Assembly: GCA_016869675.1 (NCBI GenBank)
Contig: VGDP01000008.1
Coordinates: forward strand, 5,147-69,146
Length of the DNA stretch: 64,000 nt
DNA from: Alphaproteobacteria bacterium
GTDB taxonomy: Bacteria; Pseudomonadota; Alphaproteobacteria; SP197
Direction: 5' to 3'
Part shown: piece by piece, positions 61,700-64,000 of the stretch
How the letters are laid out: each line of letters begins with the position of its first letter
Position numbering within the stretch: the stretch's first letter is position 1
Notes under the pieces: model-generated
The model's database searches: none
What the model saw: the letters and a program-made list of their open reading frames with translations, nothing else
What the model was told of the DNA's origin: nothing
Made by a program: the position numbers and the translations under genes

Positions 61700-63136
61700 T
61701 CACGCGCGGCGTGCCAGGCCCTCGATCCAGGCGACGTGGAGCGTGTTGGTGGCACCGGGCGTGCCCACGGGCATGCCGGCGGTGATCACGATGCGCTGGC
61801 CCGGCGTCGCGAACCCTTCGGCCACGGCCAGCTGGCAGGCACGCACGATCATGTCGTCGAAGCTGTGCGCGTCATCGGTCAGCACCGAGTTGACGCCCCA
61901 CGCGAGCGCCAGCCGGCGGGCGACCGCGATGCTTGGCGTCAGGCCCAGGATCGGCGCCTCGGGCCGTTCGCGCGCGGCGCGCAGCGTGGTTGAACCGCTG
62001 ACCGAGTAGGTCGCGATCGCCGCGGCGTGCAGGGTCTGCGCCACCTGGCGGGCGGCCGCGGTGATGGCGTCGGGGCCGGTGCGCTCGGGGTCCGCCTGGG
62101 CCATGTCGAGCATGCGGCGGTGCCGCTCGTCGCGCTCCACGGTCGTGATGATGCGGTCCATGATCGCCACCGCCTCGACAGGGAAGTCGCCGCTGGCGGT
62201 CTCGGCCGACAGCATCAGGGCGTCGGCGCCGTCGTAGGCGGCGGTCGCCACGTCGGACGCCTCGGCGCGCGTCGGCGCCGGCGACCGCACCATGGACTCC
62301 AGCATCTGCGTCGCGACCACCACGGGTTTGCCCGCCTGGCGCGCCACGCCCACGATGCGCTTCTGCAGGCCCGGCACCTCCTCTGGTGGCACCTCGACGC
62401 CCAGATCGCCGCGCGCGATCATCACCGCGTCGGCCATGTCGACGATGTCCTCCAGGTGCTCGATGGCCGACGGCTTCTCCAGCTTGGCCATCAACGCCGC
62501 GCGGCCGGCGATCAGCCGGCGCGCCTCGGCCACGTCGTCCAGGTGCTGCACGAAGGAAAGCGCGATCCAGTCGGCCCCGTTGTCCAGGCCAAACTGCAGG
62601 TCGCGGCGATCCTTGTCGGTCAGGGGGCCCAGCGGCAGGCGCACGCCGGGCAGGTTGACGCCCTTGTTGTCGCTGAGCGCACCACCGACCACCACGGTGG
62701 TCTCCGCCGACCGCGCGTCGCATCGTTCGACGCGCAGCCGTACCCGGCCATCATCCAGCAGCAGCAGGGCGCCGGGCTCGAGCGCGGCGAACACTTCGGG
62801 GTGAAGCAGCGGCGCGCGCGTCGCGTCGCCCGCCGCCGCGTCCTGATCCAACCGGAATGGCTGGCCGCGGATCAGCTCGACCAGCCCGCCGGCGAACTTG
62901 CCAACTCGGATCTTCGGGCCCTGCAGGTCGACCAGGATGCCGAGCGGCCGGCCAATGGATGCTTCGAGCGCGCGAATGGCCGCGACGCGAGCCTTCTGGT
63001 CGTCGTGGCTCCCATGGCTCATGTTGAGCCGGAAGACGTCGACCCCGGCCTCGACGAGCGCGCGGATCTCGGCCGCCGTCGAGCTCGCGGGGCCCAGCGT
63101 CGCGACGATCTTCGCCTGGCGGGTGCGGCGCGTCAC
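61700..63136 (-). CDS. pyk: Pyruvate kinase
   Basis: KIVATLGPAS...motifs of pyruvate kinase. 478 aa. GTG start immediately after the upstream stop codon. Confidence 0.9.
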   Translation of the reverse strand: MTRRTRQAKIVATLGPASSTAAEIRALVEAGVDVFRLNMSHGSHDDQKARVAAIRALEASIGRPLGILVDLQGPKIRVGKFAGGLVELIRGQPFRLDQDAAAGDATRAPLLHPEVFAALEPGALLLLDDGRVRLRVERCDARSAETTVVVGGALSDNKGVNLPGVRLPLGPLTDKDRRDLQFGLDNGADWIALSFVQHLDDVAEARRLIAGRAALMAKLEKPSAIEHLEDIVDMADAVMIARGDLGVEVPPEEVPGLQKRIVGVARQAGKPVVVATQMLESMVRSPAPTRAEASDVATAAYDGADALMLSAETASGDFPVEAVAIMDRIITTVERDERHRRMLDMAQADPERTGPDAITAAARQVAQTLHAAAIATYSVSGSTTLRAARERPEAPILGLTPSIAVARRLALAWGVNSVLTDDAHSFDDMIVRACQLAVAEGFATPGQRIVITAGMPVGTPGATNTLHVAWIEGLARRA

Positions 63137-64000
63137 TCAAGTCCCCGTGGTAGTCGGCGCGACGAGTATGGCACGGAAGTCGTTGACGTTGGTGCGCGTC
63201 GGGCCGGTGACGACGGCATCGCCCAGCGCGGCGAACAGGCCACCGGAATCGTGGCTCGCCAGGTCGGCGCGCGGATCGCGCCCCAGCGCACGGGCGCGCG
63301 CCAGCGTGTCGGGCGTCACGATGGCGCCCGCGGCGTCGGGCGTGCCATCGATGCCGTCGGTGTCGGCGACCAGGGCGCTGATCGCCGGATGCCCGTCGAG
63401 CCCGAGGGCAAGGGCGAGGGCGAACTCGCGGTTGCGCCCGCCGAAGCCAGGATCGGGCGTGCCGACCGTCACCGTCGTCTCGCCGCCGGACAGCAACACG
63501 CAGGGCGCCGCCGCCGGCTGGCCGCGCCGCGCGGCGTGGAGCGCGATGCCGGCCAGCGCGCGGCCGACCTCGCGCGCCTCGCCCTCCAGGCAATCCGACA
63601 GGAGGACCGGCGTCACACCTCGCTGGCGCGCCGCTTCCGCCGCGGCGTCCAGCGAACGGGCTGCCGAGGTGATGATCGACGCCGTGGCGCGCGCGAGCCG
63701 CGCATCGCCGGGCTTCGGCGTCTCCTCGCCTTCGTCCAGCCAGCACGCGGCGCCTGGCGGGGCGACGATACGGTACTTGGCCAGGATGGCGCGCGCGTCC
63801 GCTTTGGTAGTCGGGTCGGGCAGCGTCGGTCCCGAGGCGACGAAGGCCGCGTCGTCGCCGGGGATGTCGGACACGATCAGGGCGTGCACGGCGGCCGGCG
63901 CCGCCGTGGCGCCCAGCCGCCCGCCCTTGATCGCGGAGAGGTGTTTGCGCACCATGTTGATCTCGTGGATCGCGGCGCCCGAGGCGAGCAGGGCGCGCGT
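63137..64000 (-). CDS. Glycerate kinase (GckA/TtuD, MOFRL family), C-terminal part; gene continues beyond the window end
   Basis: MOFRL C-terminal domain pattern (VLLSGGETTVTV...GGRNREFALA...DTDGIDG). Confidence 0.75.
   Translation of the reverse strand, partial: TRALLASGAAIHEINMVRKHLSAIKGGRLGATAAPAAVHALIVSDIPGDDAAFVASGPTLPDPTTKADARAILAKYRIVAPPGAACWLDEGEETPKPGDARLARATASIITSAARSLDAAAEAARQRGVTPVLLSDCLEGEAREVGRALAGIALHAARRGQPAAAPCVLLSGGETTVTVGTPDPGFGGRNREFALALALGLDGHPAISALVADTDGIDGTPDAAGAIVTPDTLARARALGRDPRADLASHDSGGLFAALGDAVVTGPTRTNVNDFRAILVAPTTTGT

Overview
This is a high-GC (roughly 68–70 %) stretch of alphaproteobacterial core chromosome. The gene order (plsY-dprA-topA-rnr, hisC-tyrC, metX-metW, divK-pleD, pyrBC, gatCAB, glcDEF, phaAB/phaR) looks Rhodospirillales-like. 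It is densely coding, with about 62 genes. Two are ribosomal protein genes, rpmG and rpmJ, that fall below the ORF-track size cut-off. I found no rRNA, tRNA, CRISPR array, IS element, transposase or integrase.

Main contents:
- a glycerol utilisation locus: glpR, glpD and a two-ATPase CUT1-type ABC importer;
- housekeeping operons for amino-acid, nucleotide and tRNA-amidation functions;
- a PHB locus that carries an extra class-III-like PhaC gene;
- glycolate oxidase (glcDEF), pyruvate kinase and a partial glycerate kinase;
- the divK-pleD cell-cycle pair.

The most notable signal is four gene-disruption events in 64 kb:
- an amine-oxidase gene with an in-frame TAA;
- a divergently adjacent Rieske oxygenase alpha-subunit gene that has lost its [2Fe-2S] ligand region and is frameshifted;
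- a divK homologue split by a 1-nt indel in a G-run, downstream of a CtrA-box-like motif;
- a 266-aa ORF that looks like an internally deleted SAM–adenylate-cyclase-STAND protein.

These are either genuine gene decay or assembly errors, and raw reads should be checked.

The candidates for undescribed biology are small conserved gene sets of unknown pathway. One is an agmatine-deiminase-like enzyme, a maleate-isomerase-family enzyme and an EipB-like protein. The other is a RidA / ThDP-enzyme / FemAB-like operon. There is also an orphan family-5 substrate-binding protein. I see no clear self-contained novel system such as a defence island or biosynthetic cluster.

Several very long ORFs in the six-frame track are antisense artefacts of high GC content.

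My hand positions disagree with the ORF-track numbering by about 1 nt in places, so I kept the track coordinates.
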